Source of the DNA: Cetorhinus maximus
Lineage: Eukaryota
Length of the DNA stretch: 64,000 nt
Assembly: GCF_964194155.1 (NCBI RefSeq)
Contig: NC_135880.1
Coordinates: forward strand, 216,132,001-216,196,000
Direction of reading: 5' to 3'
This document shows, piece after piece, positions 24,138 to 37,031 of the stretch (its first letter is position 1; each line of letters starts with the position of its first letter). The translations under genes were made by a program, and so were the position numbers. Below the pieces are notes generated by a model. The model was not told the origin of the DNA and did no database searches. It saw nothing but the letters and a program-made list of their open reading frames with translations.

Positions 24138-26331
24138 ATGATTACATGGCCTGTTCTGACATACTTAGCATTAGCATTTCGTTAACAGCTGTTAAAAAGT
24201 ATGTTATAGAATTCCAGGGTAACTCAGCAGCAATCTTCCCTGACTCCATGTAGATGCATCCATTAGACACCTCAGGGCGAGAGCTTGTTTCAGCCATTTT
24301 TCAACCTTATAATAGGTGTTGTGCTCGGACAGTGTACCAGCAGCCAGCGACTCAAGGCTCACCCAAAATGGACCTTATGGCATAATGCCTGCGAGCTGCA
24401 GGTGCCAATTGGGCAACTGGTGGCAATTCACCAGTTCCACAAGGGCAAAGTTTGATAAGGCTGGTCCAGGCATGATGAGCAAGGGATTGGGTGAGAGGGA
24501 CAGAGGTGATCGGGAAAGGGGAAGGTGATTAGGAGAGGCCGAACAGGTGCTGGACATGGTCTTCAGCACTACCTGGACTCAGGAAGAGCACTCCTGGTTC
24601 CTCATTCCAGTTATTTTTTTTGAAACGATGTGCAGTTTTGTAGGCAGCCTCTAGGGATTGCTGATTGGGCTGCATGTAGACCTGGTTATCCTAAGCACAG
24701 CAAGCCTGACGCCAGTTGGGTTCAGGGATGCCCAGTTTCAGAAAGGGGGCCTCAGACAAAGCCCCCTTTCCTATATTTGCATATGCAAAGGTCCTAAAGC
24801 CTGTTCAGCTATAAGCCTGAATGTCTGTACCGCAACCCTTACCCATATGGTGGGCAATGTAATTCTGGCATGGAATGTGCACGTGTACACTGCCCACTAT
24901 ATTGGATGCATATGTGCCCATCTTATGCCTCCAAAATGGGCACAGACATTAACAAATTTGCAATATATATCCATGTTGGGAATTCCAGGTGCGGGTATTT
25001 TTTTGGGGAGAGGTGAAAGTCATAATGATCTGAATGGGGGCTGACTACATCCTCTTATCTACCTGTGTAAGTCAATAATTTATATCATGACTTTACTTTA
25101 CCTTAGTAAGTTTCAATGAAATTACCTCTTAAATTAAATCCTTTAAACTGTAAGGTTTTGAGTAATCTGCGCTTCACCCAAGAATTTTATTTTTAAATAT
25201 GTATATCAACTCGATGAATCAAGCTTTTGATATCTTGGCTGGTTACATTGATTCATGCTGGTGCTTCAGCTGCTCATCAAGGCTGACTAGATGAAACTCT
25301 TTATCATCAGCTGGGATCCAAAAATATGTCTGTAACAGCTGCAGGAGCTTTGTAAGTGAGACAGAATATTATTTTTTTTCCAGTAAGTTTGAGCTCATGT
25401 AGTATTTAGCTTTACACACATTTTAAACAAGTATTTTAATAGTATTGTCAACTTTACCCAACTGACCAGAAATGGAGGGTCAGTATGTGAAACCGCTTGC
25501 CTGTCTTCTCTACTGATGCTGCTTCATTCACTGAGTATTTCCAGCATTTTCTGTTGATGTTTCAGCATCTGCAGTGTTTTTGGTTTTTTTTGGAATTGTG
25601 CAGCATGTCAGTGTGCCAAGGTTGGAGAGCGAGGGTATGGCAGTAAACAGGGCCAGGCTGACGCTTTCAGGTCTTATCTGGCGCACTGAGCAGAGAGGGG
25701 TATTGAGTGATGGCTGTATATTTGTCTACGGGGAGGAAGTGAGGGTAAAACATCCAATGCTGACCTCATGCTAAGGGATTTAGCAGATCGAAGGAGGGAG
25801 AAGCTTAAGTCAAGGAGCAAAATGCTGGTAGAAAAGAAAAGCTGAACTTAGTCAGGCCAAAATATAGTATTTTTCGTCACATTCTATTAGCTATCAACTC
25901 TGTCATATCATCTTAACTGTGGAACAGAAAGAATAATAATTGGATAATGAAATATTCACAATTTAAGGTTCACAAAAACACCCACATTAACAACAAAAAA
26001 TGTTAAGTACAAAGATTGGAATTTTCCAAAGATCCTTTATTGATTAAGCAGTGCTGAAAACGAACTGGATGTAAGAATGGAAGAGAAGAGGCAGGAACAA
26101 TTAACCAGGTACAAAGGTGTTATGCCTGTGCCCCAGTCTCCCTGCAACCTAGGTGTAAGTGGAAAAGGAGCCTCATGAACTAGTTGGAGGAAAATATAAA
26201 GCATTAGATCTATTATGCCCAAAGGTTTTGAGAGCATCATCAAACATTCAGACATCACACTTATTGGGGGAAATTTTAACCTATCCCAGCAAACTAGGAT
26301 ACTGACAGGGCTGAGTGCAATACATTGCATC

Positions 26332-26471
26332 CCCACCTGATTTTACTCTCCATTGACATCAACAAGCAATATTAGGTGATTGTAAAATCTGATCCTGTGG
26401 GCCCACCTGATTTTACTCTCCATTGACGTCAACAAGCAATATTGGGTGACTGTAAAATCTGATCCTGTGGG
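26332..26471. repeat. 70-bp tandem duplication (2 copies)
   Basis: cccacctgattttactctccattgac...gtaaaatctgatcctgtggg present twice with ~3 differences. Confidence 0.95.
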
Positions 26472-27030
26472 TTTTCCAGATGGTGAGTTCATTTAAAGAT
26501 GTCTCCAATGTGTATATAAATAGGACAAAAGCCAGTCCTTTCATGCTATTTCTTTCTGAACTGGAGCTGAGAATTTACAAGCACATTCCAATCTGCAAGC
26601 TTCCTTCACAGAATACCACTCTGATCTCAGGCTGTTAATTTATAGCAGTTAAATTTTGTAGCCATAAAGGACAGCTTAAACACAGCTTCATTATGATATT
26701 GAATAATATAATATTAGATAGCATAGAAACAATATGTTTCAGTCTTCTTCGCCACGTATACCATTCTTTCCCCAAAGCCTTTCAACCTTCTTTCAAGTAA
26801 CTCTCTAACTCAATTTTAAAGGTGCTTGTGACATCTGCTCTTACTAATAGAAATCCTGTGCACGATCTGATTCATCATGAATATTACCGTCAAAGACCTA
26901 ATAGGGTAAAAATAAATATGGACTAATATTGTGGTTAGGAAAAATATCAGCCAAAGTCATTGCAAAAATTTACCTTGATGTATATTCCTTTTAAATAATG
27001 TCTCCTATGCAAAACTAGATTTCAGGCATA

Positions 27031-27427
27031 AAAACAGAAAATGCTGGAAAAACTCAGCAGGTCTGGCAGAATTTGTGGAGAGAGAAACAGAATTAACGTT
27101 TTGAGTCCATATGACTCTGCTTCAGAGCAATATGGAATTGAAACATTAACTGTTTCTCTCTCCACAGATGCTGCCAGACTTGCTGAGTTTTTCCAGCATT
27201 TTTTTTGTTTTTTACACCTGGAATCTAGTTTTTCATAGAAGACATTATTTAATGAGAGAGAAAAACAGAGTTAACGTTTCGAGTCCATATGACTGCTTCA
27301 GAGCAATATGGACTCAAAACGTTACTTCTGTTTCTCTCTCCACAGATGCCACCAGACCTGCTGAGTTTTTCCAGCATTTTCTGTTTTTATTTCAGATTTC
27401 AGCATCCGTAGTATTTTGCTTTTATCT
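27031..27427. mobile_element. Double palindromic PLE-terminus element containing an inverted copy of flanking DNA
   Basis: Two fold-back units of pLTR ends; imperfect 15-bp TSD tagatt(t/c)ca(g/a)gcata at 27016-27030 and 27428-27442. Confidence 0.8.
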
Positions 27428-27490
27428 TAGATTCCAAGCATACTGAGGATAACACTAACTAAGGTCATCCAAGAAGCAAGAGATTGGGGA

Positions 27491-27850
27491 TACATAAGAA
27501 TTAGGAGCAAGAGATGGCTATTAGTCCACTCGAGCCTGCTCCACAATTTGATAAGATCATGGCTGATTGATTGTGGCCTCTACTTTCCTCTCTAACCCCT
27601 ATATCCTTTGACTTCCTTGCCAGTCAAGGATCTATCTAACTCAGCCTTAAAAATATTCAGTGACCCAGCCAACACTACGCTCTGGGGAAGAGAATTTCAC
27701 AGACTAACAACCCCCTGAGAGAAAAAAATTCTTCTCATCTCCGTCTTAAATGGGAGATTCCTTATTTTTAAACTTTGTCCCTTAGTTCTGGTCTCTCTCT
27801 TGGAGGAAAACATCCTTTCAGCCCCTGTCAAGCCCCCTCAGGATCTTATA
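27491..27850 (-). mobile_element. CR1 LINE 3' fragment
   Basis: Same 3' consensus as 12332, 52153 and 62823 (gagcctgctccacaatt...gatcatggctga; catctccgtcttaaatggg). Confidence 0.8.
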
Positions 27851-28142
27851 TAGATAGCAGTGACCACAAGGCCAGTTATATCTAATAGAAACTAAAACCA
27901 AATTAGTTGGTAATCAGGCAGTGGTTAGGTAGTATCATTTCCTCTGTTAATGAGCTTTCCCTTATCCCTGACTACTAAAAGACCACTTAGATGTGTCAGG
28001 AACTCAGAAGCCTAGTAGTCATCCATTTTAGCTGTACAGATGAAAATTACTTCACAGTAGGCAGCATTCTACCATCTTCCCCAAAGGCTAATGGGAAAAG
28101 AAAAGCCAAGATTATACTTTATTTTACTTCTCACCCAAAAGC

Positions 28143-30705
28143 AGAATCACAGAATCACACAGTGCAGAAGAGGCCCTTCGGCCCATCGAGTCTGCACCGA
28201 CATGTGAGAAACACCTGACCTACCCACCTAATCCCACTTACCAGCACTTGGCCCATACCTTGAATGTTATGATGTGCCAAGTGCTCATCCAGGTACTTTT
28301 TAAAGGATGTGAGGCAACCCACCCCCACCACCCTCCCAGCAGCGCATTCCAGACCGTCACCACCCTCTGGATAAAAAAGTTTTTCCTCACATCCCCCCTA
28401 AACTTCCTGCCCCTCACCTTGAACTTGTGTCCCCTCATGACTGACCCTTCAACTAAGGTTCAATGGCTGGTTCAGTTCAGTTTCTGGTCAATAGTAACCC
28501 CCAGGATGTTGATATTGGGGAGTTCAGTGAACTTGTGTCCCCTAGTGACTGACCCTTCAACTAAGGGGAACAGCTGCTCCCTATCCACCCTGCCCATGCC
28601 CTTCATAATCTTGTACACCTCGATCAGCTCATCCCTCAGTCTTCTTTGCTCCAATGAAAACAACCCAAGTCTACCCAACCTCTCTTCATAACTTAAATGT
28701 TTCATCCCAGGCAACATCCTGGCAAATCTTCTCTGCACCCCGTCCGGTGCAATCACATCCTTCCTATTACGTGGTGACCAGAACTGCACACAGTACTCCA
28801 GTTGTGGCCTCACCAAGGTTCTATCAACTCCAACATGACCTCCCTACTTTTGTAATCTATGCCTCGATTGATAAAGGCAAGTGTCCCATAAGCCTTTTTC
28901 ACCATCCCACTAACATGCCCCTCCGCCTTCAGAGATCTATGGACATGCCAAGGTCCCTTTGTTCCTCAGAACTTCCTAGTGTCATGCCATTCATTGAATA
29001 CTTCCTTGTCAAATTACTCCTTCCAAAGTGTATCACCTCACACTTTTCAGGGTTAAATTCCATCTGCCACTTATCTGCCCATTTGTCCATCCTGTCTATA
29101 TCTTCCTGTAATCCAAGACACTCAACCTCACTGTTAACCACCTGGCCAATCTTTGTGTCATCCGCAAACTTACTATCCAACCCTCCATATAGTCGTCTAT
29201 GTCGTTTATATAAATGACGAATAATAGGGGACCCAGCACAGACCCACTGGATATTGGCTTCCAATCACTAAAGCAGCCTTCTGTCATCACCCTCTGTCTC
29301 CTACTACTAAGCCAATTTTGAATCCACCTTATCAAATTACCCTGTTTCCCATGTGCATTTGCCTTATTTATAAGTCTCCCATGTGGGACCTTGTCAAAGG
29401 CTTTGCTGAAATCCATTTAAACTGCATCAACTGCACTACCCTCATCTACACACCTGGTCACCTCCTCAAAAAATTCAATCAAATTTGTTAGGCTTGACCT
29501 CCCTCTGACAAAGCCATGCTGACTATCCCTAATCAAACCTTGCCTCTCCAAGTGGAGATAGATTCTCTCCTTCAGAATTCTCTCCAATAGTGTCCCTACC
29601 ACTGACGTGAGACTCACTGGTCTGTAGTTCCCTGGCTTATCTCTACAACCCTTCTTAAATAGCGGAACCACATTAGCTGTTCTCTAATCCTCTCGCACCT
29701 CCCCCGTGGCCAGAGAGGAATTAAAAATTTGGGTCAGAGCCCCTGTGATCTCCTCCATTGCCTCCCTCAGCAGTCTGGGACACAAATCATCCAGACCTGG
29801 AGATTTGTCCACTTTTAAGCCTGCCAACACCTCCAATACCTTGTCAATCCCTATATCAATTAGCTTAAGAACCTCACAGTCTCTCTCCCTGAGTTCCATA
29901 CCTTCATCCTCATTCTCTTGGGTGAAGATGGATGTGAAGTATTCGTTCAACACTCTAGCGATGTCCTCTGGCTCCACCCATAGATTTCCCCCTTGGTCCC
30001 TAATGGGCCCTACTTTTTCCCTGGTTACCCTCTTCCCATTGATATACTAATAGAATATCTTGGGATTTTCCCTACTTTTCCCAGCCAGAGCTTTCTCATA
30101 TCCCTTCTTTGCTGTCCTAATTGCTTTCTTAAGCTCCACCATGCACTTTCTGTACTCCACTAATGCCTCCACTGATTTGCTCCCCTTGTACCTGCTAAAA
30201 GCCTCTCTTTCCCTTCTCATGGTATCCTGGATATCTCTGGTCATCCATGGTTCTCTGGGCTTGTTACTCCTTCCTATCACCCTAGAGGGAACATGTTGAG
30301 CCTGTACCCTCCCCATTTCCTTTTTGAATGCCCCCACCCCCCCACCCCCCGCCCCACTGTAGATTTCCCCACAAGTAGCTGTTCCCAGTCTACCTTGGAC
30401 AGATCTTGCCTTATTTTACTAAAATCCGCTCTCCCCCAATCCAAAACATTTTTTTGCAACTTGTCTATTTCTTTGTCGATAACAAGTTTAAATTGTATCA
30501 TGTTGTGGTCGCTATTACTAAAATGCTTCCCCACCACCACCTCAGCCACCTGTCCGGTTTCATTCCCCAGAATTAGTTCCAGCACTGCGCCGTCCCTTGT
30601 TGGACCCTCTACATATTGGCCTAAAAAGTTCTCCTGTACACATTTCAAGAAATCCATCCATCCAAGCCCTTCTATCCCAACTAATGTTGGGAAAGTTGAA
30701 ATCAC
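28143..30705 (-). mobile_element. CR1 LINE, ~2.5 kb 5'-truncated, frameshifted ORF2
   Basis: Motifs PGNYRPVSLTS, DFSKAFDKVPH, SVLGPLLF, FADDTK, VRPQLEYCVQFWSP; (ATTCTGTG)n-type 3' tail at 28143-28160. Confidence 0.95.
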
Positions 30706-33479
30706 CTTTAAATTACACTTTAAATTGAAAAAAAAGGCTCCTTAACTTTGTTGATGTTTCAACTTCCTTTTGTTATCTTTTAGTTCTTTTTAGTAGATCA
30801 GCTTTGTAGATTTTATGCAAAAGAGCATTTTATTTTGCAACAGGAGCACATTTTCAGTACAAATGTTGAACCAAATGAAGCTTAATGATACATCTGAATG
30901 TTAAGACCTTAGAAATTGTGATTAATATAATTCTGTGCTTTAATGAAACCATGCCTTAGGAAAAAGAAGTAATCTATTTTAATACATGTTTTTTTTTACA
31001 TTTTAGTTTTATCTTTCAATTTTCCTCTTTTAAATGAAAGCGAAGATTCAAATTAGAATTATTTTACTTATAATTTTGGAAAAATATGTTTATGCTTGTT
31101 AATTTTTTTACAAATTCAGTTCAAAGTTTCATGTAAAGTTTCATCATAATAATTTAGTCCATCAAATACCCCATAGCATTTTTCTTCCAAAGTAAACTTG
31201 GACCATGATTTCAATAATTGTAGTTTATTCACGTCACTGAATAGAAACATGCTGCCATTCTATAAATCTCCCTTATTCTATTTAATACAGTACACATGCA
31301 ATTAAAAAGTTACAAAATGTGAAGTATTTTCTGGCTTTTACATGGAAAGGAAAAGGTGTGCAGTTTAAAAGATACAAATGAACTAAAAGGATAGGAACCT
31401 ATTTATATTAACAACTCTGAGCCTATCATGATAGTATCAAGAAATGACATGTTTATAAAGCCTCGTTAAAAATTATTTAAAAACTTAGGCCGAGAACTGC
31501 AATAAATGACATATTCCTCAGCGACCCTATTTACAGAGGACTTACTATCAATCAACAAATTTACTGTTGTCATTTTAATATCTGGTTCTGTGGGCTATAA
31601 ATACAATGACAGAGGGCAATTTACAATCCATTAGCGACTCCATTTGTTTGTGTATTTGTACTCACCCTTGTCTTAATTGTACATGACAATATAGTGCTAT
31701 TGCACTTAGTGGAATTAATGGAATGGTGTTTAATTGACTTTTACCCACATCACTTCTAAGAGTAAACAGGCATAGTTCATGTTAATACACTTAACCCATG
31801 TTAATTGTGTTTTTACCTCATTAAGGAGCAATTGAAGCATTTCTCCATAACTTCCAAAATATTGGTATTTTACAGAAAAGTGATTATTGATGTATAATTA
31901 GAACAGAAGGGAAGGAAAGTACACAAGGTCATCCAAAGCAGACAGAGTCATCTTCCAGGCCAAATGGATAGAGTTGCAAAGAGAGTGCAGAAAAACTCAG
32001 TGCTCAATCAATTGTTCCACATGCTACAAGAATCCTGATGAGGGTGTACTAGGACATAGGACATAGGTTTCAGTAATGTCAAGGCCATCAGTTATTTTAC
32101 CGTGATACGGCATGTCAGCACTTGAGGGGTGGACTGAGCAATGGTAGCACAAATTCTCAGTAGTGGTGCAATTGAAGAACTCAAAATGAGGTAGGGCTGG
32201 TAGTGCCAATTCTCTGAGCGCTCTCCCTTCAAGAATGGCATCCCACTGGGAGCACAAAATTGGGGAATTCATTCTATAGGGACAACTGTACAGGTAGTTA
32301 CCTGACCTGAGACGTTATCCCCCAAAATGACAGGCACTGGAAATGAAAACATCACTTATGAGCCAAAGACCTCCAATTTCAGGAGAGTCCCTGATCTGCA
32401 GTTTGAGCAGGAAAATATAGGTTACCATTTTAATTGGAGACCTTTGGTCAAAACCAATGAACGATCTCTATTAGAAATCTCAATCTGTATTTTCTCTTAG
32501 TTGTTGGTGGAATTGCTGTCTATTTTCTGCTTTTATTTCAGATTTCCAGAATTTGTCTTTTTCGCCTTTAAACACTGAATTGTATGACAGATTGTAGAGC
32601 TGATTTTAACTTCCAGAAGTGTCAGAAAACTGGCACTGATGGACCGAGAGTCCATTATAGACCCCACTGGAAAATCAGGTGGGCTGTACATAACAGCCCA
32701 ATCCATGTCTGCTTGTTTTGCTAGCATCACTGAACATTAACCCTTCAGTGATTTAGCTTTTAACACATAATCTCCTATTAAGTCCAATTACATTTTATTG
32801 TCAAAGCTTTGAACATGATTGGCCTGTTCCATGTAATTTTTTTTTGGTTGGTGATAAGTTATATGAAAGAAACAGCTGGGAGCACTCCCAAGAATAATTA
32901 ATTTCTTTTATCGCAAGTAAAAAGCGATAATGATTGCCATTACAGGCATGAAATAAAAGCATATTAGATATAATAGTCAAAGTATTTGTGGATAAATTTG
33001 GGACCCCAGTCAACAAGCTGGACATCAGAAATGCCAGAAAAGCTTCCCAGTGGCTCAGTGAGAAGTGTTGCAGTGCTCAGTTATAGAGAACATGCAGGTC
33101 CCAGCTTCAAGCCCTTATGTGTGCTTATTTAGCCAACAGATGTCCAAGGAGACAGGGCTCAGCAGTCCTGGGAGTAAGTTGGACAGAGGAGTCCTTAGGC
33201 TGGCAAGTGAGTTCAGGGTCAAGTTATGAAAGCCCCATATTTGAATAGCCTATTGTGTGAAGGAAGATCCTGGGAAGGTGGCTGAGGGCACCTTGTGTAA
33301 ATGTGTTTCAATGTGTGTCACCTTCTTGCAGAGAAGAGGGGCAAAGGGTAAGAAATTGAAGGTATGAGTTAATCATTGTGTAAACCAGATTTCATTTGTG
33401 ACAAATATTATTAATTAGGCTTCTAGCTTTATAAATACAGAAGATATCAACATGTGTTAACATTAGTCATTTTTTAAGG

Positions 33480-33485
33480 TTTATT
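33480..33485 (-). promoter_or_regulatory. Putative HSPB2 polyadenylation signal
   Basis: AATAAA on the minus strand ~145 nt past the stop codon. Confidence 0.6.
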
Positions 33486-33629
33486 TGCAACTTAAACTGA
33501 CAATCTACTTGCAACCTAGTCATTGTAACAATTTGCCCTGCTTTCTCGAGTAGACTCAGATATATCAGCATATACCTGCTATTAACATCAATCATGTAAA
33601 GAGGGTCAGCGAGCTCCTTTCATCTTACT

Positions 33630-34093
33630 TCAGGAACTACTCTTATCCTTCTCCTTCTCTATATTGTTATTTGCCCCAGGCTTTTTTGCCACGGGTTGCG
33701 ATTCAACGTTGATTTTCACGTTGTTTATTTTGGGTTGCACCTCATCTCCTTTTCTCTGCGCCTCAATGCACAGGATTCCATCGTGGGACAGTGTCGACCG
33801 AACCAGCAGAGGGTCCACGTCCAGGGGCAGGATGTAGGTGCGTGTGAACTCCCGGGAGATAAAACCGTGACTGTCCAGTTTCTGCGAATGTCTCCCAGAC
33901 ACCTCCAGCAGGTTGTCAACTGTCCGAACTGAGAGCTCGTCTGGCAGGAACTGGCAGACATCCAGGAATACCTGAAATTTATGATGCTTTGTTTCAATTT
34001 TTGAGAAGCCTCGGTCCAGCTGTTTATTGATCCTGGGTCTGATGTAGTAACCATGGTACAATGTGGGAGCTAAAATATCTTCCGATGACAAAC
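33630..34093 (-). CDS. HSPB2: Heat shock protein beta-2, exon 2 (alpha-crystallin domain)
   Basis: tttgcag acceptor; GLSSEDILAPTLYHGYYIRPR...VRTVDNLLEV...HGFISREFTRTYILP...LSHDGIL matches vertebrate HSPB2; spliced CDS is 558 nt, 185 aa. Confidence 0.96.
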
Positions 34094-34379
34094 CTGCAAA
34101 ATGTATTGGAAGTTATCAAACTGTAAACAATAGAGGATGTAACTTTATAATATATTATGATGTCAGATGTTATATTATAGGACTAGCATATCAGATGTTA
34201 TGTTCTGGATAGATTCATGATTAAAATTCATATTAGTTTTACATTCCAAAATCTGATTTGCTGTTCCATGAGGAAAATATTTCACCATTTCTTAATTACA
34301 AACCTTACCTGCCCTGGGTCCTTTTTCAGAACTGCACACACTCTGGTTAATAGAGTGTGCTTTCCGGCCCCAGGAGTTT

Positions 34380-34543
34380 ACATAGAAACTAGGAGCAGGT
34401 GTGGGCCATTCGGCCCTTCGAGCCTGCTCCGCCATTCATTATGATCATGGCTGATCATCCAACTCAATAGCCTGCTCCCCGCTTTCTCCCCATACCCTTT
34501 GATCCCTTTCGCCCCAAGAGCTACATCTAACTCCTTCTTGAAA
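34380..34543 (-). mobile_element. Short CR1 3' fragment in the HSPB2 intron
   Basis: catagaaa...ggccattcggcccttcgagcctgctccgccattc tail consensus. Confidence 0.8.
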
Positions 34544-35116
34544 ACAGACAATTGGGATTGTACACAAACAGCCCAGGTGTGCCACCCCACCCCTGAGAGA
34601 ACAGGCACCTCTCAATTGCACAGCTCAGATCGCTTGCTAACTACAGTGTTGGGACATCGTGTGTGTGCCAACCAGAGCATAGTGTGCTGAGAGAGCACGC
34701 TCGAAATCTGCAAGGTTATGCAGACTGACTGGAGGCTGTGCCGGCAGCTCTGCATCATCCTCCAACATGAGTCAGCGCTTTCAGAGGAGGACAGACAATT
34801 GGGTTAAATTGAGAACAAAATCACCTGTATCTAACAAGGTAACACTCAATATTTCAAAAAAAAATCCTTCCAAAGTACACTGGACATGTTTTGCATGGCT
34901 CATTTCGTCAATGTGCTCCCAGTCGGTCTTCCTCCCTCCAGCAACCTGTCAGCGTCTGACAATGACAAACGGCGAACAGTTGTGAATGTTTCACTAAGTC
35001 TGGCTACAAATGTACTTAAATAAATAGAGGTTTGCTTTTTTTTCGACAAACTGAATTTCAGGCAGGTTTGCAATGGCCATGCTCAGCTTCACGGTTCAAA
35101 GCCAAAATAAACTTAC

Positions 35117-35210
35117 CTTCCCCGAAGTTCTGGTCGTAGATTGTGGTCGGTGTGTCTTTCTCGTATTCTACACTCATAGGATAAGCGTGTGGGATTGTCT
35201 TATCTTCCAT
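35117..35210 (-). CDS. HSPB2: Heat shock protein beta-2, coding exon 1
   Basis: MEDKTIPHAYPMSVEYEKDTPTTIYDQNFGE plus G|gtaagt donor; 94 nt, phase fits exon 2. Confidence 0.94.
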
Positions 35211-37031
35211 TGCGAGGGTCAGCTTGTGTGGGTGTGTGTGTGTGTGTGAGCAGAGAAGCACAAAGGGGAACTCTCGACTATCCTGCCTGCTCCTCTGATC
35301 CAGAAGATCAGACTGTGGTGACTGGGTGTCTGAAACCTTCGTGTCGTTTCTGTCAGGACATTCCTGAGGGAGGGGAGTCAAACTGGGACAGAAATAGACC
35401 AGGAGACTGAAGAGTCTGCAGCCTCCCTAAAAGAAAGGAGCTCTCCTCGGGGAACACACCACCACCACCACATCCTGAACCAGAAATTATACCGGTTATT
35501 TGTCCGACTGTGTTCTGCTGACATCGTCCTCTCATTCTTAAGTGTCGTTTATCCGTTAGGAAAGAATCAGCCCCGGACTACCTATCAAATAAAACAACTG
35601 GCATTAAAGGAACCGAGGGTAGAAGATATAATCTGCATAGGTCACAGTGACATCAACAACACTTCAACCATACTACCGAAAAATATAGGAATAGGAGAAT
35701 AATCATTGAACTAAATGTGGTTAATAAGGATCTATAAACAAAAGGAGAACCAGTACTCCTTGATGGGGCTTACGAAGTTTCCATGGGAAGTGCAAGGCGG
35801 TGTACCGGACCCCTCGTGGATCAACATGACTGGCAGATGGGTATTTTAAAAAAAGCATTGTCCGAGGTACATTTGTTTCAAACTACGCCGTGTCAGATTT
35901 GGTACAAAGTCCGCTTCCAAGTACAATCAAAATCCTAGTCTCCGAGTTGACTATGAAAGGATTGCAGTGTGCCCACTATCCATGCTGCTTCACGTGATAT
36001 CTTTGTATAAAGTTGTTTTTAATGTTGGTACAGCTCTTCTTCAGATGTCCCGCTTGCAAGCTAAATGTAATGAATTATTATTTTTTAATTGGGAGTTAAT
36101 AATTACCCCGTGACGGATAATTATATCTACGAGTACAGACGGTCATGCATTAGTATAATATCATACACATGTATTACTAGATGTTAGTGACTTCGGTCCT
36201 AACAAAAGGTAAACAGCATGATCATTCTGAATTTATTTCCGAAGGTAGGGGTGCTGGAATAACATTACACTTGGGAAGGAGGTACAGGGAATCTAGCATT
36301 TTCTGAAATAGCTAATCTGTTCTGGTTAATTTTGCTTCTGTAATATGGAAAGATGTGTTTCTATGGGAAAATTATTTCCCCCTCCAGCCTTGTTCGTTTA
36401 AAATGCTTTCCAAAGAATTTGGAAGGGACAAACGATGGTGAGAATGGAATGGCCCAAGCCGTATTAAACATTCAGTCGTGAAGCAATGTGAAATGATACA
36501 GTTCAATGATTCCAGAAACTACGAATGCCCCTATAGGTGACAGCAGAAGCTTATCACCAGGAGTCTATTTATGGACTGCATCACTTCTGATTACCATCTT
36601 CACCGTTTTAACCCAACACACAGAGACACAAAAGAAACTAAAGTCTTTAATCATTAATAAAAACTGAAACATCATAATATTCTTCTCAATACAATAGCTT
36701 CCTTTTGAAATACCATGAGGTCATCTTCTGAGGCATTCTGAAAGCTTTGCCAGTAGAGGAAGAGACTGATCAGCAGAGCATTGTCCAGCTGTGCAGAGAC
36801 TGGTCCACTGCTGGTGTCAATTCTAATCCTTCCCAAACACTAAATCCCTTGACAATGAAATCACATGACAGAGTCAATCAGCCTTGCATCAGTTTTCCAG
36901 AAAGTGCAATGGATTGGGTGTCATTGTGTATATAAAGGACTCAGATACCAACTAGCCTTCAAGCAGCTCTCGGAGTGAAGACAGCACAGCTACACTGAAA
37001 TACATCCTCCTGCCTTAACCGGAAAGAGAAG
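35211..37031. promoter_or_regulatory. HSPB2/CRYAB divergent promoter region, including 5' UTRs
   Basis: TATATAAA at 36929-36936; HSE-like TTCcaGAA at 36895-36902 and 36510-36517; E-box CAGCTG at 36786-36791; MEF2/CArG-like CTATTTATGG at 36565-36574. Confidence 0.75.

Noticed and set aside
35211-35381. N-terminal extension of HSPB2 suggested by ORF 35058-35381
   Set aside because: Non-ATG start, runs through a (CA)n microsatellite, and homology begins at the ATG at 35210
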